This document shows, in pieces, positions 15,642-25,179 of a stretch of DNA of 32,000 nt. Every line of letters begins with the position of its first letter. Positions within the stretch are counted from its first letter, which is position 1. The notes under the pieces are model-generated. The model saw only the letters and a program-made list of their open reading frames with translations. It did not search any database and was not told the DNA's origin. The stretch covers positions 30,001 through 62,000 of the forward strand of contig CAVRAI010000009.1 in NCBI GenBank assembly GCA_963718915.1, read 5' to 3'. This stretch comes from an uncultured Chloroflexia bacterium (GTDB lineage: Bacteria; Chloroflexota; Ktedonobacteria; Ktedonobacterales; JADMIN01). A program made the translations under genes and the position numbers.

Positions 15642-16349
15642 CTATTGCAACTCGACCATCAGCACGTCGAAGTGCCCTTTGCTAACGGTCAGCGGGGGCG
15701 TGCCGTCGGCGAGGTAGACCGGGACCGATGGGCAGGCAATCGAGCCATCCACCTCGCTATAGCCGAGGGTTGGGTGTGAGCCGGGCGCTGACGGGGCGTT
15801 GTCCAGATGGGCAATTGGCGTCACGCTGACGATCTCCACGGTGCATGTCCCCGCTGCGGACTTATCGATCAGCCACAGGTTGTTACCAAGGTCCGACCCC
15901 GGCACGATCAGCTCGAAGTGTACGGCCTCGTCGGCAGCGGCCCCCGCCTGGACCGGTGAGACGGTATACTTACCTGGGCCGGTGTAGCCTGTGAAATCGA
16001 GAATGAACTGCTGCCGCGCCGACCCCGACTGGTCTGTCAGGTCAAGGTAGAACCGCTTCTCCGCTGCGAGGTGATAGGAGATCAAGTCGCCAGGATTCCC
16101 CGCGTTGATATCCATGCTCAGGACGCTCTGGCCGCTGAGACCTCCAGATGTGGTGAGGGTCACTGAGCTAACGCCGCTTTCTTGCGCGTGTCCCACGACT
16201 TTGGTGGGCTGGCTGCCAGCGCTTGGTGTCCCTGTATTTGTCCCTGTGCTTGTCGCGCCGCCACAGCCAACCAGCAGCACGGCCAGCGCGCACACCACAC
16301 CATAACCCCACCGCCGTGCCCACATCGCTCCAACTGTCCTTCGTCGCAT
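15642..16349 (-). CDS. predicted secreted lipoprotein, unknown function
   Basis: Start at ATG 16349 (GAGGAGGA upstream). Signal peptide MRRRTVGAMWARRWGYGVVCALAVLLVGC has lipobox LVGC, followed by a G/T/S-rich linker. No family recognised. Confidence 0.7.
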   Translation of the reverse strand: MRRRTVGAMWARRWGYGVVCALAVLLVGCGGATSTGTNTGTPSAGSQPTKVVGHAQESGVSSVTLTTSGGLSGQSVLSMDINAGNPGDLISYHLAAEKRFYLDLTDQSGSARQQFILDFTGYTGPGKYTVSPVQAGAAADEAVHFELIVPGSDLGNNLWLIDKSAAGTCTVEIVSVTPIAHLDNAPSAPGSHPTLGYSEVDGSIACPSVPVYLADGTPPLTVSKGHFDVLMVELQ

Positions 16350-16437
16350 GGCATTCCTCCTCTTCCTCGTCCAACTCCTGTGTGTCATCCATGTCCCGCG
16401 CCAGTATAAAGCAAATGAGCGCTGCTGGCAAGCAGTC

Positions 16438-17277
16438 CTATGCGTCAACGCCGAGCCATTCGCGTATCCCGCGTAGTGGCGTTTTCAAGAGCGAGCGCGC
16501 CAGGGAGGAGTCCAGCTGAACGTCAGCCACTACGGGGGCTGGGTACGCTATAACGGTGGCGCCCGCGAGTTTCGTGGCGTCGAGCTGGTATGCGCGCGCG
16601 ATGAGGCAGCCCAGTTCATAGCGGGTCAGCGCCTCGGCGCCCGCCATATTGATGACTCCCACGAAGTCGTTCGCGGCCAACTCAAGGATCGCTCCCGCCA
16701 GATCATCCGCCCCTATCGGGCAGCGGTACTGATCGGTGAAGAGATGTCCTGAGCGCGCGCCCGAAACGAGATCGAGCATGAGGCGTGTCTGCGGATCGAG
16801 CGGCTCGCGGCTGATGATGAGTGAGGTGCGGACAATGGCGGCCCGTGGGGCAATCGCGCCCACCGCCGTCTCCGCTGCGGCCTTGGCGGCGCCGTACGGG
16901 GTAATCGGGTTGGGCCTGGCGGTCTCTGTGTAGGGATTGCTCGTTCCATCGAAGACCGCATCGCTCGAAATGTGGACAAGCCGGGCGCCCACCTCACGCG
17001 CCGCCTGTGCGACATACGCCGCGCCATCGGCGTTTGTCGCCCACATTGCCGCACCCCGATACATGTACGCGGTATGTACGATGGCGGTTGGCTGGGTCAG
17101 ACGTACCAGCGCCATGACGGCATCGCGGTTGCCAACATCGAGCTTGCGCCACTGCCCAGAAAGTGGTGGGGGCGCGGTGTGGTAGGTTCCAAAGACGTCC
17201 CAGCCCTCTTGTTGCGCAATTCGAGCGAGATTGCGGCCAAGCGTCCCGCTCGCGCCGGTGATGAACAGCCTCGGCAT
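16438..17277 (-). CDS. NAD(P)-dependent sugar-nucleotide reductase, RmlD (dTDP-4-dehydrorhamnose reductase)-like SDR
   Basis: N-terminal LFITGASGTLGRNL Rossmann fold, HTAY, ISSDAVFDG, catalytic YGAAK. Length of 279 aa is typical of RmlD substrate-binding-domain proteins. Confidence 0.8.
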   Translation of the reverse strand: MPRLFITGASGTLGRNLARIAQQEGWDVFGTYHTAPPPLSGQWRKLDVGNRDAVMALVRLTQPTAIVHTAYMYRGAAMWATNADGAAYVAQAAREVGARLVHISSDAVFDGTSNPYTETARPNPITPYGAAKAAAETAVGAIAPRAAIVRTSLIISREPLDPQTRLMLDLVSGARSGHLFTDQYRCPIGADDLAGAILELAANDFVGVINMAGAEALTRYELGCLIARAYQLDATKLAGATVIAYPAPVVADVQLDSSLARSLLKTPLRGIREWLGVDA

Positions 17278-17336
17278 GACAAATCCCTCCGCCTTTATGT
17301 AAGCGCATGGCGCATCAAGCGACCGACCAGGGGCGG

Positions 17337-19361
17337 TTAACGCTTCCGCTGGCCGTCTTCGCCATCAGGGGGCGGCGGGCCGAAGCGTGGCAATTGTGGC
17401 GGCTGCCAGTTCTGTTGCTTGCGCCACTTCTGCGACTGCGCCAGATTCTCGTCGTACATCTCGCGCTCGGATGGGCCTTGCTCCTCCGGCGGCTCGCTAA
17501 AGCCCTGACGCTGATGGTCTGGCCGTTGCACGAACGGCGGACTCGCGAGGGGAGGCTCGTTATACGGCTGCTGCTGCGGCTCCTCATCAGGTGGCGGATA
17601 GGCGGATGGATAGTCAGGCGCGGGCGGATAGTTGGGGTGCTGGTTGGGCTGGCCAGCGGGTGGATAAATATCGCTGACCTCCCAGGCGTTGTCGGTGGGC
17701 GCTGCTGGCCGCGGGGGCTGATCGTGCGTCAGCCACCAGGGTGTCTCGGCGGGCGCGTTACCGCCAGCGGGCGGCATAAATGCTGGCCCGGCGGTGGGCG
17801 GCGGTACGAAGGGCGGCGTGGTCGGCACCGCCTCTGGATCGGACTGTCGTGGCCGCGCGGATGGGCCAGTGAAGATGTCCGAAGAACTCGACCCGGCCGT
17901 TACTTTGGGCATCTTGCTCGTATCCCAGAGCCACGAGTCGCCTTCTGGCCGATCATCTTCAACGGGAATGTATGCGGCCGCGGCGGCGACCGATGGCGGG
18001 ACATCCCCTGGGATGTTGGGCTGGTATGGGTTCATTGATGGGCGCGCGGCGCCAACGGACGGCTGTAGCTCCGTCGGATAGGCGTCGGGCGGAAGATTGC
18101 CCGCCAATCCGCCCGCCCAGGGGTCAAGTGGCCCGGAGTCAGAGCCGAAGCCGCCAGCCGCCACACCTCCAAAGGGCGCCCCCGTGCCCATCGTATTCGC
18201 GGCGCGCGCGCCGGGGCGACTTGAGACGGCTGGCGGTGGCATGACGCTCGGCTTAGATGGATTCTCGCCGCGCCGCCCAATGCGCTCGTAGTATTCGACC
18301 CAGGCCAGCATCTCATCAGGCCGGGTGAGGCGGTGCAGCCGAATGCGCACGTGGCGGCCCTCGCCGCGCAGCATCAGATACTCTGGAACGCGCGGCGACC
18401 AGGCGAAGCTCTTCACACGGCTATCGGTCCGGGCGGCAATTTCCATCAGCAGACGCCCGATTGCGATGCCAACGCGAATCAGCCCGCCTGCGGGATGGCG
18501 CGTGCGGTCAATGCGCGAGACGTTGGGCCAGCGCAGCCGCATCAGCGTTTGGGCCGGGCGCTTGCAGGTGATCTCTTTCGGCCCAACGGAATACGTCTGG
18601 CGACGGATAAATGAGAGCAGCGCCTCCAGACAGCAAAAGCCCGCCAGGCCCATGAGCACCAGTCCCGTAACGCCCGATTCAGGGAGCAGGATGGTGAAGT
18701 AGAGGCCAGGCAGCAGCGCCATCGCCGCGCCGAAGAGCCACCAGACGACGGTATTGGCGACGATGTCGGTCGCCGTGAATGGGCCGGAACCGCTCGCACC
18801 CCAGGTGCCGCCGTGGTCCCGCCAGAGGAGGTAGCGCTCGTAGACCTCGGCGCGGAAACGCGCGTAGTTCATCACCATATCTTCGCGCACGCGCAGCTCG
18901 CGCCCATCGCGCGCCATCACCACTACCCAGCGATAGCGCTGCCCACCGTCCGGCAGCGTGCGCTCGACGAGCCGCGCCGTATCGCGCCAGAACAGTTCCG
19001 TGCGCCAGGGTCCGCGCATCAGGCTGATGCCACGCGGGCCAACCAGCACACTCATCGAGAGCTTGAAGATATAGACCAGCGCGCCCCAATAGATAGAGAC
19101 CAGCAGCAGACCGAAGAAGACTGCGCGCCCGGTATGGTCATTGATGCCGAGGTGAAGCCAGTCATAGAGTCCAGTGCCGAGTAGGCCAAACGCCACTAAC
19201 CCCAGCAACATCCAGTCGCCGCCGCTGGGCGCGCGGAAGACGCTATCGCGCTCCTGAAATGCCAGATCCTCCAGCGCAACTGTGCGTCTCGGTTTTCGCG
19301 ATGTTTGCGATGTTTGCGATGATTGTGATGATTGTGAACTCGACACCACCGGCCCTGCCAC
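17337..19361 (-). CDS. membrane protein with two TM-hairpin/PH-like modules and a roughly 290-aa proline-rich C-terminal tail
   Basis: 674 aa. Two similar units (hydrophobic pair plus ...VGPRGISLMRGPWRTELFWRDTARL... and ...VGPKEITCKRPAQTLMRLRWPNVSRI...) resemble bacterial PH (YdbS/T-like) modules. The tail is rich in P/Y/Q/A. The N-terminus carries the QSS/QTS repeat. Confidence 0.75.
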   Translation of the reverse strand: MAGPVVSSSQSSQSSQTSQTSRKPRRTVALEDLAFQERDSVFRAPSGGDWMLLGLVAFGLLGTGLYDWLHLGINDHTGRAVFFGLLLVSIYWGALVYIFKLSMSVLVGPRGISLMRGPWRTELFWRDTARLVERTLPDGGQRYRWVVVMARDGRELRVREDMVMNYARFRAEVYERYLLWRDHGGTWGASGSGPFTATDIVANTVVWWLFGAAMALLPGLYFTILLPESGVTGLVLMGLAGFCCLEALLSFIRRQTYSVGPKEITCKRPAQTLMRLRWPNVSRIDRTRHPAGGLIRVGIAIGRLLMEIAARTDSRVKSFAWSPRVPEYLMLRGEGRHVRIRLHRLTRPDEMLAWVEYYERIGRRGENPSKPSVMPPPAVSSRPGARAANTMGTGAPFGGVAAGGFGSDSGPLDPWAGGLAGNLPPDAYPTELQPSVGAARPSMNPYQPNIPGDVPPSVAAAAAYIPVEDDRPEGDSWLWDTSKMPKVTAGSSSSDIFTGPSARPRQSDPEAVPTTPPFVPPPTAGPAFMPPAGGNAPAETPWWLTHDQPPRPAAPTDNAWEVSDIYPPAGQPNQHPNYPPAPDYPSAYPPPDEEPQQQPYNEPPLASPPFVQRPDHQRQGFSEPPEEQGPSEREMYDENLAQSQKWRKQQNWQPPQLPRFGPPPPDGEDGQRKR
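19295..19339. repeat. compound 9-bp tandem repeat (TT[T/C]GCGATG x3 then ATTGTGATG/ATTGTGAAC)
   Basis: Read directly. It encodes SSQSSQSSQTSQTS at the N-terminus of the 674-aa protein (minus strand). Confidence 0.9.
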
Positions 19362-19506
19362 TCCCCGCCATGACGCGCCACACTACTCGCTTGCTATTAC
19401 GCCGAACACGTACGTGTCCACGGCCAGTATACCAGCCGTGGTCAAATGCGCGTCTTGTGGGATACCAGGAGTCCTGCTTATGACAGGAGAGGAGCATATA
19501 CGGTCG

Positions 19507-19528
19507 CCCCTCTCCCGTGGGAGAGGGG
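19507..19528. other. perfect GC-rich palindrome CCCCTCTCCC-GT-GGGAGAGGGG between two co-oriented genes
   Basis: 10-nt arms read directly. It lies 35 nt downstream of the E1 gene stop on the minus strand. No U-tract on either strand, so the terminator role is uncertain. Confidence 0.3.
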
Positions 19529-19562
19529 TCGAAGGTGAGGTTTTCCAGCCGTCTAGCGCCAT

Positions 19563-21665
19563 CTATTCGCGGCTGAAGCGCTCCAGCGTGGCGTAGATAT
19601 TGTCGGCGGTGGGGTAGAACGCGGTCTCTTCGGGCGCGTTATAGGGCGCGGCGGGCGCGGCGATGGCTGTCACCAGCGCGGGGGCCGTATCCATATCCCA
19701 GAAGAAGTTTTCCGCGATCCACGAGTGGATGTGGCGGCCAAAGCTGGTGAGATCGGTCTCTTCGGTGACGACGATGGCGCGGTTCGTCGCCTTCACCGAC
19801 GCGCGAATCGCCTCGGTGTCGAATGGCGCCAGCGTGCGCAGATCGATCACATCCACCGCGCCGCCCCGCGCCTCCACAAACCGCGCCGCAGCAACCGCCG
19901 ACTCCAGGAACATCATGCCCCAGCTGACGACCGTGGCCATCGGCGCGCCGCTGCCAATGCGGATGGTGCGCGCCTTGCCGAATGGCTCGGTGTAGTAGCC
20001 GTCGGGCACGTTCCATAGCTCGGCCAGCTGCGGGATGGGCGCACCGCCCTTCGTCACCGTCGGGATATCGGCGCGATAGAGACGCCCGCGTTCCAGGAAG
20101 ACGACCGGCGAGCGCGTCTGCGACGCCTCGATCAGCAGCCCCTTGGCGTCGTAGGGGGTGGCTGGGCAGACGGTAATCAGGCCAGGCACGTTGGTGAACC
20201 ACTGCTCACCCGCGTTCGAGTGGCCGAACGCGCCGCCGCCAGCCGCGCCGCTATCGGAGATCGGGCCGCCGCCGCCAGAGCCAGCCTTCATGCGCAGGAT
20301 CATCGGGCAGTTCCAGTCGCCGAAGGACTGGTAGTAGATGCGCGCCGCCAGCCGAATCGTCTGCGTCGCCGACTGGTGGTAATCCACAAACTGAATCTCA
20401 CCACAGCGCGCCTTGTCGTCGGCCATGCTGCATCCGGCGGCGATGCCCGCGATGAACTGCTCGTTGAGCGCGCTGCTGATCGCCGTGCCAGGATACTCCT
20501 TCGCCAGCCGCTGCGTCGCGTTGAAGACACCGCCGGTCGAGCTACCGACATCCTGGCCGAAGACGAAGAAGCCGGAGTCGCGCTTGACGATCTCGACCAG
20601 CGCATCGTTGACCGCTTCGATCATCGGAATCTTGCGCGTCGGGCCGGATGGCGGCTGGAGCGCGGCGGTTGGCATCTCGATAATGCGCTCGGTGACGCGC
20701 GCGCCGGGCACCGCAGGCTCCGTCACCACCTGATCTTCGGCGGCGTCGATCCGCGCCTTGGCCTCGTCGCGGAAACGCTCGATATCCTCCGGCTGGATCA
20801 GCCCACGCTCAACCAGCATCTCGCCCATGCGCTTGACCGGGTCTTTGGTGCGGGTCGTCTCTTCGATCTCTTCGCGGGTGCGGTAGCGGCGAATGTCGGT
20901 ACTGCTGGAGTGTGGATCGAGCAGGCCGCCATGCAGATGCATAAACGCTGGCCCCTCGCCGTTGCGCAGGCGCTCGGCAAGCTGGCGGGTCGTCTCGTAG
21001 ACCTCCAGCGGGTTGACGGCGTCCACATCCACGGCGATGGCGTCCATCGCGCGCACCTGCGCCGTCAGATCGCCTGCCCACTGCGCCTGCTGTTCGGTCA
21101 TGATGGCCCAGTGGTTGTTCCAGATCGTTATCAGCACTGGCAGTTTGTGGACGGTCGCCTGGCGTAGCAAGACGTTGACATCATTGGTCGCGGCGCTGCC
21201 ATCGCCACCGGAGAAGAGAATGACCCGCTGGCTGCCGTCTCGCTTGAACGCCCAGCCGACGCCGCCCGCGAAGGGCGCGAGTCCGCCTACCTCGCTGAAG
21301 GTCGGCATCACATGGAACTCGCGGCTGCTGTAGTGTGAGGGCATATTGCGCCCGCTGCACATCGGATCGGTCACGCGCGAGTAGGCGGCGCGCAGCACAC
21401 CATGAACGTCGTCGGTACGCTGGAGCCAGCCCGCCAGGTCGCGGTAGTAGAACGAGAGCCAGTCTTCGTCGTCGAGCGCGGCGACAACCGCCGCCATGGA
21501 CTCGTGGCCCGCGCAGCCGATGTAGAACGGGAATTTGCCCTGGGTCTTACGCGCCTTGAGCACATCGTTCATGGTGCGCGCCATGACCATCGTTCGGTAC
21601 AGCTCAACCGGATCCAGTGTGCGGGCCTCTCTGCCCGCGGCAGGAGCCGTGACGTTCGTTGTCAT
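19563..21665 (-). CDS. 2-oxoacid dehydrogenase E1 component, fused alpha/beta subunits (TPP-dependent)
   Basis: The alpha half has YRTMVMAR...FYIGCAGHES...YYRD and a GDG-type TPP motif region. The beta half has MIEAVNDALVEIVKRDSGFFVFGQDVG...GGVFNATQRLAKEYPG and a C-terminal transketolase-like domain. Start at ATG 21665 (GGAGGA RBS). Confidence 0.9.
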   Translation of the reverse strand: MTTNVTAPAAGREARTLDPVELYRTMVMARTMNDVLKARKTQGKFPFYIGCAGHESMAAVVAALDDEDWLSFYYRDLAGWLQRTDDVHGVLRAAYSRVTDPMCSGRNMPSHYSSREFHVMPTFSEVGGLAPFAGGVGWAFKRDGSQRVILFSGGDGSAATNDVNVLLRQATVHKLPVLITIWNNHWAIMTEQQAQWAGDLTAQVRAMDAIAVDVDAVNPLEVYETTRQLAERLRNGEGPAFMHLHGGLLDPHSSSTDIRRYRTREEIEETTRTKDPVKRMGEMLVERGLIQPEDIERFRDEAKARIDAAEDQVVTEPAVPGARVTERIIEMPTAALQPPSGPTRKIPMIEAVNDALVEIVKRDSGFFVFGQDVGSSTGGVFNATQRLAKEYPGTAISSALNEQFIAGIAAGCSMADDKARCGEIQFVDYHQSATQTIRLAARIYYQSFGDWNCPMILRMKAGSGGGGPISDSGAAGGGAFGHSNAGEQWFTNVPGLITVCPATPYDAKGLLIEASQTRSPVVFLERGRLYRADIPTVTKGGAPIPQLAELWNVPDGYYTEPFGKARTIRIGSGAPMATVVSWGMMFLESAVAAARFVEARGGAVDVIDLRTLAPFDTEAIRASVKATNRAIVVTEETDLTSFGRHIHSWIAENFFWDMDTAPALVTAIAAPAAPYNAPEETAFYPTADNIYATLERFSRE

Positions 21666-21861
21666 CGAGATTCCTCCGCCTTTGCCTTTGTATTGCCTGT
21701 ATCGCTCCGCCACATCCAGCCTATTATAGTGGCCGTGGCCGCCACTGCGCAACCAGTTAACACCCGCGTACGCGCCGCCGCGCTCCAAAGAAGCAGGCCA
21801 GCGCCATCTGGCCTATGCTCAGACGTGTGGCTGTTTCCGCGCGTCACGCGGGCCAAGGGGA

Positions 21862-22350
21862 TTATGCGGGCGCTGTGGCCGTAATCAGCTTTGCGCCTGT
21901 GATGGCCAGCAGATCGCTCACCAACAGCTTGATGTTGATGCCGCGCTGGCCGCCATTGAGGTATAGCTCATCCAGGTCGGCGGCGGTGGCGTCCAGATAG
22001 ACCTCGAAACGTTTATCCAGCAGCGCCAGTGGCGAGATGCCGCCTACCTTCAGCCCGGTCAGTCGCTCCGCCTCGCGCTGGAGCGCCATCCGCGCCGACT
22101 TCGCGCCGACGCCGCGCGCCAGCAGCCGCAGATCAAGCTCGCGGTCGCCCGGCGCCATCACCAGCAGATGCCGATTACCATCCGCCAGCGCCACCAGCGT
22201 CTTATACACGTGACCGGCGGGCACACCCAGCAGCGCGGCCACCTCGTCGGCGGCGTGAATCGTCTCGGCGTAGAAAAACGTCGAGTACGGTATTTTGTGG
22301 GCGTCGAGCGCGCGCATCGCGTTGGTCTTCGGCGGTGATTTCCGGGCCAT
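21862..22350 (-). CDS. ybaK: Cys-tRNA(Pro)/Cys-tRNA(Cys) deacylase
   Basis: 162 aa. TNAMRALDAHKIPY...HVYKTLVA...LLVMAPGDRELDLRLLA...LTGLKVGGISPLAL...INGGQRG is the YbaK/EbsC pattern. Confidence 0.9.
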   Translation of the reverse strand: MARKSPPKTNAMRALDAHKIPYSTFFYAETIHAADEVAALLGVPAGHVYKTLVALADGNRHLLVMAPGDRELDLRLLARGVGAKSARMALQREAERLTGLKVGGISPLALLDKRFEVYLDATAADLDELYLNGGQRGINIKLLVSDLLAITGAKLITATAPA

Positions 22351-22424
22351 GAACCCTGTGCCTCCGCGCCTCCTGCGCTATACTGATCGTACACGAGAGT
22401 TGGCGATGGAAGCGGGCTTATGAT

Positions 22425-22596
22425 GGCGGGCGGTTAAAACCGCGCCTCGATGGCCTCGCTTACGCTCCGCCACGAAGTCCGCCTCCGCGGACTCTTGAGA
22501 TCTCTCTCGATAGCAGCCAGTCGTGATGGGCTGTTGAAACCCGCGCAGGCGGGTTTTGTGGCCGTAGGCCATTCAGGCGCGGTTTTAACCGCCCGC
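22425..22596. repeat. nested-palindrome intergenic repeat, copy B (full form, about 170 bp)
   Basis: Terminal arms GGCGGGCGGTTAAAACCGCGCCTCGATGGCC and GGCCATTCAGGCGCGGTTTTAACCGCCCGC. Inner arms GCCACGAAGTCCGCCTCCGCGGACT and AAACCCGCGCAGGCGGGTTTTGTGGC. It lies in the divergent ybaK/hydrolase intergenic region. Confidence 0.9.
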
Positions 22597-22638
22597 GTTC
22601 CCACATCACCACAACCCGCCAGCAAGGAGGCGTATCTC

Positions 22639-23577
22639 ATGTCCGCGACGCTCACGACCGAGCATGAACAGGCATCGCCCGCGCTGGTCGCCGCCGAAGA
22701 GGCGCTGCTGGCAACGGCGGGGATACCCATCGCGCGGCATGAGACGCGCCTGAATGGCGTCCGTATCCATTATCTCACCTGTGGCGAAGGCGAGCCACTG
22801 GTGCTGGTGCATGGCCGTGGTGGCGCGGCAGCCCTATTCACGCCGATTCTAGGCGCGCTCGCGGCGGGGCGGCGCGTGATCGCGCTCGATCTGCCGGGCT
22901 GGGGGCTATCGGAGAAGCCTCCGTTTACTGGCCACACCGCCAGCGACGCCGTCGCGGTCTGGCGTGATGCGCTCCTCGCCTTCCTGGATGACCAGGGGCT
23001 GACGCAGACCGATCTCGCTGGGCATTCGATGGGTGGGCTGACGGCGCTGGCGTTGGCACTGGGTGCGCCGGAGCGCGTGCGCCGCCTCGCGCTGATAGAC
23101 TCCGGCGGGCTGGGCATCGAGATGCCGTTCGACGTGCGATTGTATTTTCGCCTCAAGCCTGAGCGGCTGAATACCCGACTGGGATCGCGCTTCTTCGCCT
23201 GGGCGGTCAGCCGCGACGACGCCACCCTGGCCCAGCAGCGCGGCCCACTCTTCGACTTCATGTACGCGGTCGAGTCGCAGCGTTCGGTAATTTCGAGCGG
23301 CGGGCGCGCGTTTGATAAGTGGGTAAATCTCGGCGGCGTCCATCTTGACTTTCGTAGCCGCCTCAAGGAGCTGGAGATGCCAGTGCTGCTGCTCTGGGGC
23401 GACCGCGACCGCCTGATCCCCTACAGCACCGCGCTGCAAGCCGTGCGCCAGATTCACACCGGGCGGGTCGTCGCCTTCACTGGCTGTGGGCATTCGCCGC
23501 ATCGGGAGCGTCCCGCCGAGTTCGCGCGGACACTTTCCGCCTGGCTGGATGGCTACCGGGTTCCATCGCGGGTATAA
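22639..23577 (+). CDS. alpha/beta-fold hydrolase
   Basis: ATG 22639 with AAGGAGG 8 nt upstream. LVLVHGRGG, nucleophile elbow GHSMGG, C-terminal GCGHSPHRERP. The track ORF start at 22450 lies inside repeat copy B and is rejected. Confidence 0.9.
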   Translation: MSATLTTEHEQASPALVAAEEALLATAGIPIARHETRLNGVRIHYLTCGEGEPLVLVHGRGGAAALFTPILGALAAGRRVIALDLPGWGLSEKPPFTGHTASDAVAVWRDALLAFLDDQGLTQTDLAGHSMGGLTALALALGAPERVRRLALIDSGGLGIEMPFDVRLYFRLKPERLNTRLGSRFFAWAVSRDDATLAQQRGPLFDFMYAVESQRSVISSGGRAFDKWVNLGGVHLDFRSRLKELEMPVLLLWGDRDRLIPYSTALQAVRQIHTGRVVAFTGCGHSPHRERPAEFARTLSAWLDGYRVPSRV

Positions 23578-23660
23578 ACTGGTTGAAAGACCTCTCCCTT
23601 CCCTGTGTTGGGAGGACAGAGGATGCGATAGAGATCGAATATGAAGGGGAATGCTCCGAC

Positions 23661-25100
23661 GTGTTTACTGGTGAAGAACTGCTGACAATCGCTGGCGTCA
23701 CGCCGCAGGGTGGCTCGTTGCCGAGGGAGTTCGCTGGCGCGGCGGTGGATAGCCGTCTCGTCCAGCCGGGCGAGCTATTCATTGCGCTACGCGGCGAGCG
23801 CACCGATGGCCACCGCTTCATCGAGGCGGCGGTACGCGCGGGCGCGGCTGCGGTGCTCTGCGCCCAACCCGACGCCTACGCCACCAGCCAGAATATTCCA
23901 CAGCTTGTCGTCGCCAATCCAGTGGAGACGCTGCAACGGCTGGCGCAGGCGCGACTGGCGCGGCAGCCCTCCACGCGCGTGATCGGCATCGCGGGGAGCA
24001 ACGGCAAGACGACCGTGAAGGAGGCGACGGCGGCGCTAATGACGCATCTCGCGCCCATACTCAAGCCGGTCGGCAGTTTCAACACCGAGGTGGGTGTTCC
24101 GCTGACGCTGCTGCGGCTGGCTGATGAGCATCAATTTGCCGTGCTGGAGATGGGGGCGCAGCGCATCGGCGAGGTGGCGCTGCTCTGCCGCGTCGCGCCG
24201 CCGCAGATTGGCGTGGTGACGGTCATCGGGCCGGAGCACCTGGAATATTTCGGCAGTATGGAGAATGTCATCCTCGGCGAGCGCGAGATCGTGGAGGCGC
24301 TTACCCCTGACGGCATCGCCATCCTCAACGACGACGACCCCGACGTGCGCGCGATGGCGGAGCATACGAAGGCGAAGGTCATCCGCTATGGCCGGGGCGA
24401 GACGGCGGAGGTGCGCGCGCTCGACCCGCTTGGCGACCCGCTAACCGGGATGAGCTTCACGCTGGCATGGCAGGACGAGCAGGCAGACGTACAGCTGCGG
24501 CTGCCGGGCATCCACGCGATCAGTACAGCGCTGGCGGCGGCGGCGGTGGCGCTGCACTGCGGGATGGCGCTGCCCGCCGTGGCCGAGGCGCTGGGTGAGG
24601 TGCGCGCGTCGAAACGTCGCGGCGAAGTCCACCGGGCATTCAACGGCGCGACACTGGTGGATGATAGCTACAACGCGAACCGACAGTCGGCGATAGCCGC
24701 GATTGATTTGCTACGCATGGCGCACGCCGAGCCGGGAGCGCGCCGCTGGCTGCTCCTGGGCGATATGCTGGAACTGGGCGCCTATTCGCCATCCGAACAT
24801 GCGCTGGTGGGCGCGTCGGCTGCCATGAGCGTCGACGATCTGGTGCTGGTGGGGAATGAGGTGTGGGCCACTGCTGAGGGCGCGCATGCCGCCGGAATGC
24901 CCGCTGAGCGGATCCACCTCTATCCCGCCCCGTTGCAGGACGCCAACGCGCTGGCGGCGGCCCATGCGGCGGCGGCGGCCTACGTGCGCGAGCATCTCAA
25001 GCCGGACGACCTCGTACTGGTCAAAGGCTCGCTTGGCGCGGGGATGGATGCGCTGGTGCGGGCGCTCACGCAGGTTGCTGTATCGGAAGCGGAAGCATGA
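23661..25100 (+). CDS. murF: UDP-N-acetylmuramoyl-tripeptide--D-alanyl-D-alanine ligase
   Basis: DSRLVQPGELFIALRGERTDGHRF, P-loop GIAGSNGKTTVKE, NDSYNANRQS, and the C-terminal Mur ligase domain. Start taken at GTG 23661 (gives 479 aa); the TTG at 23583 is the alternative. Confidence 0.9.
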   Translation: MFTGEELLTIAGVTPQGGSLPREFAGAAVDSRLVQPGELFIALRGERTDGHRFIEAAVRAGAAAVLCAQPDAYATSQNIPQLVVANPVETLQRLAQARLARQPSTRVIGIAGSNGKTTVKEATAALMTHLAPILKPVGSFNTEVGVPLTLLRLADEHQFAVLEMGAQRIGEVALLCRVAPPQIGVVTVIGPEHLEYFGSMENVILGEREIVEALTPDGIAILNDDDPDVRAMAEHTKAKVIRYGRGETAEVRALDPLGDPLTGMSFTLAWQDEQADVQLRLPGIHAISTALAAAAVALHCGMALPAVAEALGEVRASKRRGEVHRAFNGATLVDDSYNANRQSAIAAIDLLRMAHAEPGARRWLLLGDMLELGAYSPSEHALVGASAAMSVDDLVLVGNEVWATAEGAHAAGMPAERIHLYPAPLQDANALAAAHAAAAAYVREHLKPDDLVLVKGSLGAGMDALVRALTQVAVSEAEA

Positions 25101-25179
25101 TGGTTTGTGATTGTATGATGGAAGTGGTTCATCCAGTGGGATGATCTCTCGAACCCAGAGCGAGGGAAGGGATTGGCAC

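Noticed and set aside
19507-19528. CCCCTCTCCC-GT-GGGAGAGGGG palindrome as a rho-independent terminator of the E1 gene.
   Set aside because: There is no U-tract on either strand and the loop is only 2 nt. It is kept as an unexplained palindrome, possibly a minor repeat family or protein-binding site.
22450-22638. 63-codon N-terminal extension of the alpha/beta hydrolase.
   Set aside because: It is encoded by palindromic repeat copy B. AAGGAGG plus ATG at 22639 precedes the conserved hydrolase core.
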